A stretch of 64,000 nt of DNA, taken from IMG/VR virus record IMGVR_UViG_3300008108_000033, positions 16,754-80,753 of that record, one strand, 5' to 3'. The first letter of the stretch is position 1. Each line of letters begins with the position of its first letter. Shown here piece by piece: positions 20,147-30,238 of the stretch. Position numbers and translations under genes: made by a program. The notes beneath the pieces are model-generated. The model was not told the DNA's origin. It did no database searches and saw only the letters and a list, made by a program, of their open reading frames with translations. Origin of the DNA: a virus.

Positions 20147-21208
20147 ATGCCAGTTGATAAAATAGCATCAAATGACTCGGGTTATGAAATTGGAGATTTA
20201 TCGCTTTACCCAGCGGCAGTAGATTCCTTTAATAACCTGTATGAAGCCAAAAATAACAGCGTAACAGTGCTCAAAGCAACTTTGTCTGTTACCGGAGACG
20301 TTTTGGTTGTTGATACAACAGCAAATTTTCCCTCTGAAGGAATATTGCGATTATCTTTGCCAAATAAAAAAGGACTTTCTGTAGAGTACATTTACTACGC
20401 CAATAAGACTGAAAACACTTTTTACAGTTTAAAAAGAGGTTTCCTTGGTAATGAAAGAAATTTGATAAGCAAAGTAAACTCTTGGCCAATAAACACAGTT
20501 GTAGAGTCTGGAGTTTTTGCCGAGCATCACAACGCTGTAAGAGATGCCGCGTTAAATATAGAAAACTTTGTCGGGCTAGAAAATCCATACGATTCAACTA
20601 CTAATTCATTTGCAACAAATACCGTAAACGGGCTCTTAGCTGATTTGGAATACAAATATTTGGCACCAAACGCAGTATTTAGGGCTTTCCCATTGTTTGG
20701 CGCACCTCCATTAACTGTTAATTTCCATTGTTTCACCAACAGGATTGTAAATCGATTTTTTTGGGACTTTGGCGACGGCGCAGTTTCAATTGAGAAGAAT
20801 CCAACCCACACTTATTTGAAATCTGGTAATTTTACCGTGCAACTTCGCGTAATCTCTAGCGTAGGAGGACAAGGAGTTTGCACCAAACTTTCTTACATAA
20901 GTGTTAGCAATCAATACGTAGTACCTTTTGGATATGTAATACCTAGCGCGGGCGTAAGTATAACCACTGCCACGTCATCCTCCACAACACCTACTACATT
21001 CACGTTTTATGACCAGACTGAAGGGCCTATTTTGAATAGGCTATGGCAATTTGGAGATGGAGAGTATTCTTTCCAACAAGACCCAAATGTGCATGTTGTT
21101 ACACACCAATATAACAAACCCGGAACCTATAGACCATCAGTGCTGATAACGATTGAAGACAATGTTACCACTCGAGCTATATTCCAAGAAACTGTAGAGG
21201 TGTCTTGA
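20147..21208 (+). CDS. PKD-domain virion fibre protein (paralog 1)
   Basis: Two PKD motifs (WDFGDG...NPTHTY; WQFGDG...THQY) after the shared YP..D..NLY / AEHHNA..NIE.FVG N-terminal domain. Confidence 0.8.
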   Translation: MPVDKIASNDSGYEIGDLSLYPAAVDSFNNLYEAKNNSVTVLKATLSVTGDVLVVDTTANFPSEGILRLSLPNKKGLSVEYIYYANKTENTFYSLKRGFLGNERNLISKVNSWPINTVVESGVFAEHHNAVRDAALNIENFVGLENPYDSTTNSFATNTVNGLLADLEYKYLAPNAVFRAFPLFGAPPLTVNFHCFTNRIVNRFFWDFGDGAVSIEKNPTHTYLKSGNFTVQLRVISSVGGQGVCTKLSYISVSNQYVVPFGYVIPSAGVSITTATSSSTTPTTFTFYDQTEGPILNRLWQFGDGEYSFQQDPNVHVVTHQYNKPGTYRPSVLITIEDNVTTRAIFQETVEVS

Positions 21209-23424
21209 TGTCAATACCCTCTAATGTTTATCCAACATCATACGATACTTCAACAAATTTATATAACGTTGTAGATGCTTTGACAATACCTTTAGCCAAA
21301 GATTACAATCCGGGCGACAAAGTAGTATATGTTTCAGTAGCACCTTATATTATGGCAAGATTTCCAGCTTCTGGAATTATCACATTAACAGAAAATTGCA
21401 GCGCGCCTAGTCAAAGAGCCGTTTCTATCTATTACAACACCAAAAGCAATGAAGGATTTTTCTTTACGGACTTAACTGTTCTGCCAGAAACTCCAGATTC
21501 ATATAAGCCAGCGACCGTTACATCTGTTAGTTTAAATGTTACAGCGCAACACCACAATGCAATTAAAAATGCAATTATTTCTATAGAAGACTTTGTGGGA
21601 TTAAAATCAGATACTTCTTTTGTTCCTTTCGAAGGAACAATATCTGCAAGAACAAAATATCTGTTTGAAACAGTTTTTACACCAAGAGCTTGGTTTGTTG
21701 CGGACAACAGAATAGGCAGAGCGCCATTTTTCAATGTATTATTTACCAGTACAAGCTTGTATTTGGGAGAGCAAGTAAATGGCAATAATATCACCTATAA
21801 ATGGAATTTTGGAGATGGAACAGAAATAACCACATCTGAAAAAACAATCACGCACACTTATGTTCTTCCTAACATTTACACTGTTTCTTTGCAAGTAACC
21901 AACATGTTTGGAAGCGATACTGTAGTTTTTGAAAATTTTATTGATGCTCTATGGTTGGCACCAGATCCTGCAGTAATCGCGTATGATGTCAGAGCAGGTC
22001 AGCAAAATTTCGATACAAATGGAAACAATTTTTTAAAGACGCCGACAAGTGTATATGTTTATGTTGCAACAAGCAATGCTGTGGATCCATTAGATCCAGA
22101 CAGAACATTAAGCGGCGCTCATATAGTCGGCGGAAATATTATTGACCCAATAGTAAACTTTACTTGGGACATGGGCGACACACTTACGCATGGTGATAGC
22201 CCTGAAACCAAGGCTCTTTATACAATAGGTGGAATCTACAGCGTAGTTTTAAGATGTGATACAAGATCGACCGCATACAGAATAACAACCGATCCCAAAA
22301 CAATAAATGTCATAGAAAGACAAAACGCTTGGCTATTTGTAGCGCCATCAGACACGGCTTTGCAGACCGTTTACGCTGGCGAAATGGGGTTTCTAAATGA
22401 AACATTCAAGCCATTGCAAAATACATCTTATACCTATCAAAGAAATGCAGAATTCATTACTGGTTCTGCTCATCTTCAAAAAGAAAGAATGTTATTAGAA
22501 TTCGTAAGGAATACAAACTTAAATGCTAAAAGTACCGTGGGATCAGGACTGGGAGGTTTATCAATATTATCTTGGGCTGGCGGCAGAACGGCTGCAGAAC
22601 TTAGCTCTACAGAACGCGTGTATTTCATAGCCTACAGTGGATTCGAAGAAACATATAGTTCTCCCGGTTCAACTGGGTGGACCATGTATCGCCCGTGGAA
22701 CTGGATTGCATTCAACGGCACGGCAATTACTTATTACCTATTGGGAAATGCTGTTTCTCAATCCGCAGGCACAAGCCCAACCAATAACCAATTAGTATCT
22801 GTAAATTTACTTAGCGGAGAAGTGAAACTAGAGAAAACTTTTTCTAGTGGCGACTTTCAAGGCGCAGCAAATTATTTAACATATAATGAAGCACAATATG
22901 ACCAAACTGGTTATAACATTTACGGATCATATAGTGCTTATCGCACAGCTTTCAGAGGCAGAACAGGTTACATATTGAAAAATAGAACTGTCGGTTCTGA
23001 ATTTTGCATAAATAGTTTCTATTGCACAACAGAAGATGCCAATGGGTTAATTAGTGGATTCAAGAAAAAACCAGATATGGGTGGCCCATTAAAAACTCAA
23101 GGTGTACTTGTTAATTTAACAACAGGATTATTTTTCTTCAACAATAGCGGAAGTGTTTTGCAATTTGATGTAACCACAGACGTATGGAAAACTGGAGGGC
23201 CGGGGTACAATTCCATAACATTCTCGAATTTGCAAGATAAATCGGTTGAAGGATACGACAACGAAAATAACAGCCTAGTAGCCACAACAGATTTTGCCGA
23301 CACTGCTTTCTTATCATTCGACTATAGTAACAGTGCATATATCAAATTTAATGATGTTGATTTGTCATTTACAAAACTAAATAGCAGACCAGAAGGTGGA
23401 CAATGGATATTTGGTTCTTATTAA
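21208..23424 (+). CDS. PKD-domain virion fibre protein (paralog 2)
   Basis: TGATG coupling with the upstream gene, WNFGDG and WDMGD PKD motifs, and the same N-terminal domain. Confidence 0.8.
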   Translation: MSIPSNVYPTSYDTSTNLYNVVDALTIPLAKDYNPGDKVVYVSVAPYIMARFPASGIITLTENCSAPSQRAVSIYYNTKSNEGFFFTDLTVLPETPDSYKPATVTSVSLNVTAQHHNAIKNAIISIEDFVGLKSDTSFVPFEGTISARTKYLFETVFTPRAWFVADNRIGRAPFFNVLFTSTSLYLGEQVNGNNITYKWNFGDGTEITTSEKTITHTYVLPNIYTVSLQVTNMFGSDTVVFENFIDALWLAPDPAVIAYDVRAGQQNFDTNGNNFLKTPTSVYVYVATSNAVDPLDPDRTLSGAHIVGGNIIDPIVNFTWDMGDTLTHGDSPETKALYTIGGIYSVVLRCDTRSTAYRITTDPKTINVIERQNAWLFVAPSDTALQTVYAGEMGFLNETFKPLQNTSYTYQRNAEFITGSAHLQKERMLLEFVRNTNLNAKSTVGSGLGGLSILSWAGGRTAAELSSTERVYFIAYSGFEETYSSPGSTGWTMYRPWNWIAFNGTAITYYLLGNAVSQSAGTSPTNNQLVSVNLLSGEVKLEKTFSSGDFQGAANYLTYNEAQYDQTGYNIYGSYSAYRTAFRGRTGYILKNRTVGSEFCINSFYCTTEDANGLISGFKKKPDMGGPLKTQGVLVNLTTGLFFFNNSGSVLQFDVTTDVWKTGGPGYNSITFSNLQDKSVEGYDNENNSLVATTDFADTAFLSFDYSNSAYIKFNDVDLSFTKLNSRPEGGQWIFGSY

Positions 23425-23441
23425 AGGAAGTGGAGATTTAG

Positions 23442-26400
23442 TTGCCAGACACTATCTTGCCAATATCGGTATATCCAAATAACTATGATACCGACCGAAA
23501 TCTCTTTCAGGTTTACAATACCTCCGAAACCGTTTTATCTGCTACTTTAAATTCTTGGGATATAGTAATTCAAATTGTTCCTGAAACTGCCGATTCTCCC
23601 GAACTGTGGGCTACTTCTGGCTATGTGACCATAGAAGGCGAGCTCATATACTATGCTTCCGTTCATGTAAATGATGATGGCAAAATTGACACGCTACAAA
23701 ACTGCATAAGAAGAGTAAATGGTACTCCGCCGAGAAACTTTAATGTCGGCACCAGTGTGCGAGGATTTGTAATAGCTGAGCATCACAACAACTTGGCTCG
23801 CGGATTGGTAAACATAGAAAATTTTGTAGGAACTTTAACCACAACAAATCAAGAAACAATCTATTGGAAATTGTTGCAAATTGCTAATTTGGCTCCCTTG
23901 ACTGATGATGCCGGATGCCCACAAATAGAATTTTATTATAGGATAATTAGCACAAGTCCGATAGAAGGCACGGAAATTTCTTATAGCTTGAATATAACCG
24001 GAACTATCAATAGCTTTACTATCGATTTTGGAGATGGAACTACTGAAAGTACACAACAAAATGGTACTCACTTTTATCCGCCAAATAAAAGAATAGACCC
24101 AGTAGTGACAGTTGATACGGATGCATGTGAAAGCTTGCAAACTAGCGCGGAAAGATTAAGAGTTGATGACGTTTCGCAGCAAACTATTGTCGGGCAGCAA
24201 ACTTTCCCAATTATAGTCCCTCCAATTCCTGATTTCCCTAATTTAGATCTTGCTGTAGTAAATGAAGTGCCTAATAATTTCCAGTTCCCGCCGATAGTTT
24301 TCCCTTGCTTGGATATAGGACCATTTGGACCAATAGTTGTTCCAAGCACTATTAGCATCATCAACCCATACCCGATTCCAAGCGTTATCACTTTTGAAGA
24401 CGTACCGAATTTCCCAAGCAATATAGTAATTACCAGCTCTGTAAATCTTCCAAGTGTAATTAGCATCGTCAACACTTTGCCGAGCAACATCAGAGTTTCT
24501 GTAATTTCAAATATACCCAGCACTATAAGCGTAATACAGAATATTCCATCCATAATAAACGTTAATGTTCCTAGTAACATGTCTATAAGCATAGTAAACA
24601 ATCTTCCTTCGGTAATTAGCGTTAATAGTAACATACCTAGCATTATACAAGTTGAAGATTTATCTGCGTCACTAGATGTGTTTTTAAATAGTGACTACTG
24701 CACTAATTGCACCGGAAGCTTTGGTGCTTCTGCAAACGGCGCAACAATACAAGTGCCTACGGATAGCGGATGCGACCCATGCGCTGGTGCTAATCCAAAA
24801 ATTACAAAGGTTACGGCTGTTTTACATGATTTTATAGTAACGACACTTGATCCGGCTAATCCTGTTTCAACAAGATATGATTTGGTAAAGGTTTTGCTAG
24901 TTGCACCTGATGGCACCAATTGTCTTTTGATGGGTGGCGCTCAAGCTGGAGCCACCAATATACCTCAATTCACTATGAATGAGCCAGTGACTTTAACATT
25001 TGCTGACGGTTCTCAAAACGATATTTATGATTTCTCTGTTCCTCTTGATACTAAAACTTATGCTCCAAATGCCAATGGCAACAATGCTAGCAGGACCGCC
25101 GGACAAGTTGCTTTGAATTTGCCCGCGCCACCACCAACTGGAGCAACTGGATACGGCACCAACCTATCTGTTTTTACTGATTCTCCACTTACTAAGGGAA
25201 ATTGGTATGCATATGTTTCAGTTGGACCAAGCGGAGGAGCATACCCAAATATATGCAATGTAGGAAAAGCATGTGTCAGGGTAAGTTCGGCCCAAGAATC
25301 TCCTTGTGATTTTGCATCGCCAACGCCAACAGCTTCAGGTAAACCGCCGGCAACACCGGTTGCCACACCAAGAAAAACTCCTTTGCCAACTCCTTTGCCC
25401 ACAACGGCAAAACCAACTCCCGCTCCTACAACACCACCTCCCACGCCATCTCCATCACCGCCAAATCCTTCGGGAATACCTATTATTTTGCCTAGCGCAG
25501 GTCCAGATGGCCCTCCCTTCGACCCAGATCCGCCAAATCCGATAACTCTAACTCCAAGACCGTCATACACACCATATCCGACCCCAACGCCTTCCGCGAC
25601 ATTTACTTGCGGAACCTGTACTTATGTTCCTCAACTTGAGGATTGTGGTTCTGGTGTGTGTACTTATTATTGGGACGGCACCAGTTGGGGCCGTTGCGCA
25701 GAATGCACTTCATGTAATGATGCTGGAGAAAATTGCGGATGCCCAGAAGCCAGAATTATGCGGGCTTTTAATATACTTCCGCCAAATGGAGAAAATAATC
25801 CAGATGTAAACACGCATTGCTACAAAGTAACTTGGACTGATCAAGCCCTTATAGATTGCAACGGTGGGTTTTGCACATATAGCTTCAATATTAGTACAGG
25901 ATTATGGGAATATTGCAGCTCGTGTTCTTTCTGCAGCGGACTTGGAGATAATTATTGCAAGTGTCAAGACCCAAATACCGTTTTGGTGCCTGCAGGAATC
26001 TTACCCGCAAACCCCGGAACTAATGCTACAGAGCACAGAAATTGTTATAAACTCAATAATTCTCAAAACAATTGTGTTCCGGGACAATGCGAGTGCCCCC
26101 CTGCTCCGACATCTCAGTTCATAACAGGATCTATTCAACAAATTAGATTGAATTGCAAAAAAACTTGCGGCGGCTGTTACAGCATGTATTCAATTGACAA
26201 GGGGTCTCCTTGTGATCCAGATCCTGCAGACTGGAGTTGCGGATATGAATTCACTGACGATAACTGGGATTTAACAAATGATTTTTGCCCATGTACAGGA
26301 ATGGAATGTTTAGAAGGAGAAATAGCAGTTGAATATGGTTTGTTGCCTCGTGTGGCAGAACAGGGAGAAATTAAAAGGCTTTCTTGTTACAGAGCGGAAT

Positions 26401-28502
26401 GGGAAAGTTGGGATGATTGTAATCCAGATAATCCTGATTGTAAATGTCCTCCTACCCCCACACCTGTACTTTCTGGCGCAAATGCCGGACAAATGTATGT
26501 CGAAAGCGGATGCCAACTCCCAACACCGACTCCATCACCAACACAAGGTTGCGGAGCATGCAATTTTAAATTTGATGCATTAGAATGTTCTTTTGGACAA
26601 TGCGTATACACTTATTACGCCGGAATACAAACATGGCAGTTGACAGAAAACACATGCGATGAAAATGAAGGCTTTTGCAACTGTTCTTCAGTAGATGAAG
26701 CAAAATTAGCCGGATGGTTCCCGGAGTTTCCAACAGATAGAGCAACAGTAACAAAATCTTGCTACGAAAAAACCGGCAGCGGGACGGGCGCGGCACTAAT
26801 GGGAAGCTGGATTTCCACAGGCAATAATTGCACAGCAAATGTTTGCAAATGCCCCGGCACTACACCTACACATGATGGCTATTATGCAGACCAAAAATGG
26901 AGCATAGATTGCGTTCCATTGCCAACTCCAACTCCAACTTCTGGGCCTAGTTGCGGCGGAAACTGCTCTGCAAGTTGGATTAGCAGTTGCTCTGGACAAT
27001 GCTACTACAAGCAAGTTGACGGGGTATGGTCTTTTGATTCCTCAACAGCTTCTTCTCCTTGCGTATGTCCGACTGTAGAACAAGTCGCAAGCTCGCTTGC
27101 GTACTTTGGGTCGCTCGGCGGGGCACAATTGCCGCCAATTTTTCCTCTAAATCCAAATTATGGATTTTGGGCATTTGCAGACGGTTGTTTTGAAAAACTA
27201 AGATGTCGTTGCTCTACACCTCCTCCTTATCCTCAAAGCGCGTTTAGGACTATAGTGCCGTGCGAACCAAAGCCATCTGCAACTCCTACTCCAACACCAT
27301 GTGGAGCAACTCCATCGCCAACCCCTTCTCCTTCTCCTTCTGGAGATGGCAGTTGCGTCGGGTCAACTAGTCCTTTAAGAAACGGACCAGATAACGTAAA
27401 AGTTTTCGCTCTGCCATATTCGAGGTTTACATATAAATATTCTGGGACCTATTCCTCTTGGTCAGACAATTATAATCCGGTCTGCATAGAGGCCATCACA
27501 GAAGATGCACCATCTTTTCTTGGAGATCAGTGCGGAACACCATATGCGGAAAATTTCAGAACAAACTACGTAGGCAGAAACAATACGGCCGTATTTAAAA
27601 TTTACCCCCCGGTATCAAGAATTGAGCTATTAATCAACGGCCCAAACATACCGCAAGCTATTCCGGGCGAAGCTTATGTAGAGTTTAAGTCATTTCTTGG
27701 AGATTTATCAAACCCAGTGAGCACCGTAATGACTATGATGCCTCCCAATTGCGGAATTTCTTGGGACATTAATAGAAGAAATCAAGTAAACATTCTTAAT
27801 CAAGCTGGACCAGTTGGATTCAATTTCATTATAAGATCGGAATCCGGTAAATTCGATATATTTACAATTGCTCTCATTGGAGATACACCAATAGGCATTA
27901 GGTCTGTTATAACAGAGGATATAATACTTGAAAATCCTAAACCTGCGGCTGCTTTTAGTGTTAGCAATTACGTTCTTGCTGACGAACCAGTTGCTTCTCA
28001 TGCCCCAATATTGGTTGCCGAGGGAACACAAGTAAGTTTAGTTCCAGTTAGCAAGGAAAGGGCAAAGCTTTGCAAGTACGCCGGAAAGACGCCTCTGCAA
28101 ATGGTTAAACAAAATTGTGGTGCGTGCGCAGTCAGAAGTTGCGAAAAATTTGGACTTTGCTCTCATAGCGGTGTAGTAGACGGAAGAGATGATATTTATT
28201 GCTGCCAGCTTTGCGATGAATATACAACTGAATCAGCCAAGTTGGAATCCAAGCAAGTAATTGTCGCGCCAAAATCTGAAAGTGTCACGTCAGAAACCAA
28301 GATGTCATCTCAATCTGTCAATTCCGTGGTGCAGGCCCCTTCGCAAGCGCAGCAGATTCCAAACATTCCAGATTCATTTTCCGCTGCAGACAAACATATG
28401 GCAAAGTCAAATATGGTAAAAATTTCGCCAGCCAACTTATCTATTAGAGTAAACATAAATGAGTTGGTAGAAGGAAAAGATGATCAAGGCGCAAAAGGAT
28501 AA
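23442..28502 (+). CDS. Giant multidomain fibre/adhesin: anchor, PKD, IPS repeats, P-domain-like module, Pro/Thr linkers and Cys-rich repeats (paralog 3)
   Basis: TTG start with GGAG RBS; IDFGDG PKD motif; LLVAPDGT...LTFAD...LSVF...GNW resembles a proprotein-convertase P-domain; PTPTP linkers; many CxxxCxY..W modules. Confidence 0.7.
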   Translation: MPDTILPISVYPNNYDTDRNLFQVYNTSETVLSATLNSWDIVIQIVPETADSPELWATSGYVTIEGELIYYASVHVNDDGKIDTLQNCIRRVNGTPPRNFNVGTSVRGFVIAEHHNNLARGLVNIENFVGTLTTTNQETIYWKLLQIANLAPLTDDAGCPQIEFYYRIISTSPIEGTEISYSLNITGTINSFTIDFGDGTTESTQQNGTHFYPPNKRIDPVVTVDTDACESLQTSAERLRVDDVSQQTIVGQQTFPIIVPPIPDFPNLDLAVVNEVPNNFQFPPIVFPCLDIGPFGPIVVPSTISIINPYPIPSVITFEDVPNFPSNIVITSSVNLPSVISIVNTLPSNIRVSVISNIPSTISVIQNIPSIINVNVPSNMSISIVNNLPSVISVNSNIPSIIQVEDLSASLDVFLNSDYCTNCTGSFGASANGATIQVPTDSGCDPCAGANPKITKVTAVLHDFIVTTLDPANPVSTRYDLVKVLLVAPDGTNCLLMGGAQAGATNIPQFTMNEPVTLTFADGSQNDIYDFSVPLDTKTYAPNANGNNASRTAGQVALNLPAPPPTGATGYGTNLSVFTDSPLTKGNWYAYVSVGPSGGAYPNICNVGKACVRVSSAQESPCDFASPTPTASGKPPATPVATPRKTPLPTPLPTTAKPTPAPTTPPPTPSPSPPNPSGIPIILPSAGPDGPPFDPDPPNPITLTPRPSYTPYPTPTPSATFTCGTCTYVPQLEDCGSGVCTYYWDGTSWGRCAECTSCNDAGENCGCPEARIMRAFNILPPNGENNPDVNTHCYKVTWTDQALIDCNGGFCTYSFNISTGLWEYCSSCSFCSGLGDNYCKCQDPNTVLVPAGILPANPGTNATEHRNCYKLNNSQNNCVPGQCECPPAPTSQFITGSIQQIRLNCKKTCGGCYSMYSIDKGSPCDPDPADWSCGYEFTDDNWDLTNDFCPCTGMECLEGEIAVEYGLLPRVAEQGEIKRLSCYRAEWESWDDCNPDNPDCKCPPTPTPVLSGANAGQMYVESGCQLPTPTPSPTQGCGACNFKFDALECSFGQCVYTYYAGIQTWQLTENTCDENEGFCNCSSVDEAKLAGWFPEFPTDRATVTKSCYEKTGSGTGAALMGSWISTGNNCTANVCKCPGTTPTHDGYYADQKWSIDCVPLPTPTPTSGPSCGGNCSASWISSCSGQCYYKQVDGVWSFDSSTASSPCVCPTVEQVASSLAYFGSLGGAQLPPIFPLNPNYGFWAFADGCFEKLRCRCSTPPPYPQSAFRTIVPCEPKPSATPTPTPCGATPSPTPSPSPSGDGSCVGSTSPLRNGPDNVKVFALPYSRFTYKYSGTYSSWSDNYNPVCIEAITEDAPSFLGDQCGTPYAENFRTNYVGRNNTAVFKIYPPVSRIELLINGPNIPQAIPGEAYVEFKSFLGDLSNPVSTVMTMMPPNCGISWDINRRNQVNILNQAGPVGFNFIIRSESGKFDIFTIALIGDTPIGIRSVITEDIILENPKPAAAFSVSNYVLADEPVASHAPILVAEGTQVSLVPVSKERAKLCKYAGKTPLQMVKQNCGACAVRSCEKFGLCSHSGVVDGRDDIYCCQLCDEYTTESAKLESKQVIVAPKSESVTSETKMSSQSVNSVVQAPSQAQQIPNIPDSFSAADKHMAKSNMVKISPANLSIRVNINELVEGKDDQGAKG

Positions 28503-29382
28503 ACTTACTTTCAGAAATGTTAAAGCAGTCACTTCGGAAGGAGAGACGGTTACTTTAACATTTAGAAAGCATCCGAATCAGAACGAATATTTAAAGTGTG
28601 AAAACTATTGGATAAGAAATTTTGCTGGCACCAATGTAAACCCAGTTGATGTAAACAAATTTTTTAGACAGGAAGAGGTTTCGTATCTTGTCGATAACGA
28701 GGTAAGAAATAGCAACCACAGATATCCAGTCTTGGAGCCAGAACTATTTAATCGTTTCAAGGATGTATTAATTGTCGGAGACGGATTAGGTTTTGACCAA
28801 CACAAGCTGTTTAAGATGGCTAGGCCGAATCTATGTTGCATAACAGTAAATTCAGCGGCACGGTTTTGGCAGGCGTCTTTGCCTATAGAATTTTTAATAG
28901 TAAATAATCCATCTTCTACGGCTATGAATGGATTGCCCATAAGAAATCATCCCAAACTCATAGCAAACAGAAAAACTCATTATCCTTTCATAAAAAATTA
29001 TAAAAACATAATATATCTTTATGATTCTGTAGCCGATGAAGAGTATCAAACATCTATGTCTAAGAATTCAGATCTGCATATTGACGATTATAGAAATCCA
29101 ATCTGTGCAGCAATATCTTTGGCACACAAGTATTGCAAGGGCAATTTGTATCTAGCATTTTGTTCATCCGGGTATCCGGAAGAAAAAGACGGAGCTATTA
29201 AGGTAGATGAGAATTTTTATCAGTATCCGGCACAAAAAACAGCAGACTCAATAGTTGATGGCAATTTATTTTGGTACAATTTTGCAAACAGAGATTCTAA
29301 AATATTTCATACAGGAATAAAAAATACTCTGAAATTTTCTAAATATCTTGATGTTAATGATTTTATTGAAAGTATTTTATGA
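28480..29382 (+). CDS. DUF115/Maf-like (nonulosonate transferase-like) protein
   Basis: DVLIVGDGLGF...CITVNSA...EFLIV...AAISLAHK...LYL fits the Rossmann-like Maf/GT29/GT42 pattern. Confidence 0.45.
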   Translation: MIKAQKDKLTFRNVKAVTSEGETVTLTFRKHPNQNEYLKCENYWIRNFAGTNVNPVDVNKFFRQEEVSYLVDNEVRNSNHRYPVLEPELFNRFKDVLIVGDGLGFDQHKLFKMARPNLCCITVNSAARFWQASLPIEFLIVNNPSSTAMNGLPIRNHPKLIANRKTHYPFIKNYKNIIYLYDSVADEEYQTSMSKNSDLHIDDYRNPICAAISLAHKYCKGNLYLAFCSSGYPEEKDGAIKVDENFYQYPAQKTADSIVDGNLFWYNFANRDSKIFHTGIKNTLKFSKYLDVNDFIESIL

Positions 29383-29678
29383 ACCGTAAAAAGTTTTTTT
29401 CTCCTAACTTTATGTCGGAGTTTAAGAAATGGATGCACGAAAATGATGACTCAAAAGTCGTATTTTCCAAGGGTCAGCGCGTGCAAAGCAATTGCAAATT
29501 AAAACAGATTGTTGAAAAAATAGACTGTGTGGACACTGGCGACCACACAGTCTTTGAAGTAAGTAAATACTTTTTGAAATACGGCGGTGTTGTAAAAGAA
29601 TGCAACGGCGATCAAATAACGATTAAAAACAAAAAGGGAACTTTTGTTTTAAATCAATCTGATATTGTTGCAAGCTAA
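29379..29678 (+). CDS. Hypothetical protein
   Basis: ATGA overlap with the upstream gene; contains MSEFKKWMHE. Confidence 0.55.
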   Translation: MNRKKFFSPNFMSEFKKWMHENDDSKVVFSKGQRVQSNCKLKQIVEKIDCVDTGDHTVFEVSKYFLKYGGVVKECNGDQITIKNKKGTFVLNQSDIVAS

Positions 29679-30229
29679 GGCTTTTTCAGGTTCTGCACAT
29701 CTTTCTTGCTAGGCATTTTTATCGATCCCGTTTCTGGACAAGTAAAATCGTCTATAGCAGCGTGATAGCCATTTTCATACTCCTTCTCCAATGTTTCCAA
29801 GGCATTCTGTTCACCAGAAATTATGCCTTTGTGATAGGCAGCTTGACAAAGCAAGCTCAAAAACTGCGGATTGTTCTCGACATCTTTAACAGAACTTTGT
29901 TCTGCTAGTTGAATTATTTTATTGACTGCTTCTTCATCCAATTCAGTATTATTTTTGGACATCATTAGAAGTGCTTCAATTTTTCCATCAACTTTTCCTT
30001 GGTTGCGGAAAAATTCAATATCTTCTAGTCCAAATATTTCCCATTCCTTGCGGGGCGAATATTTGGGGCTTTTAGAAGTTTTGATAACTTCTCTAAACTC
30101 GCCATTTTCTACGGATTGCGCGGCATATTTTTCAGTTAGCTTTTGGTTTTGAAACCAAAGAAGCAAACAGAATGCTAAGCTTGCAATCCATCCCGCCAGA
30201 AGGGAAATCACAATTGTTATGTTTTTCAT
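29675..30229 (-). CDS. Membrane-anchored hypothetical protein (paralog of 30239-30760)
   Basis: N-terminal transmembrane helix; shares EF..xQGxVDG and YxxG motifs with its neighbour. Confidence 0.6.
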   Translation of the reverse strand: MKNITIVISLLAGWIASLAFCLLLWFQNQKLTEKYAAQSVENGEFREVIKTSKSPKYSPRKEWEIFGLEDIEFFRNQGKVDGKIEALLMMSKNNTELDEEAVNKIIQLAEQSSVKDVENNPQFLSLLCQAAYHKGIISGEQNALETLEKEYENGYHAAIDDFTCPETGSIKMPSKKDVQNLKKP

Positions 30230-30238
30230 GTTATTTCC

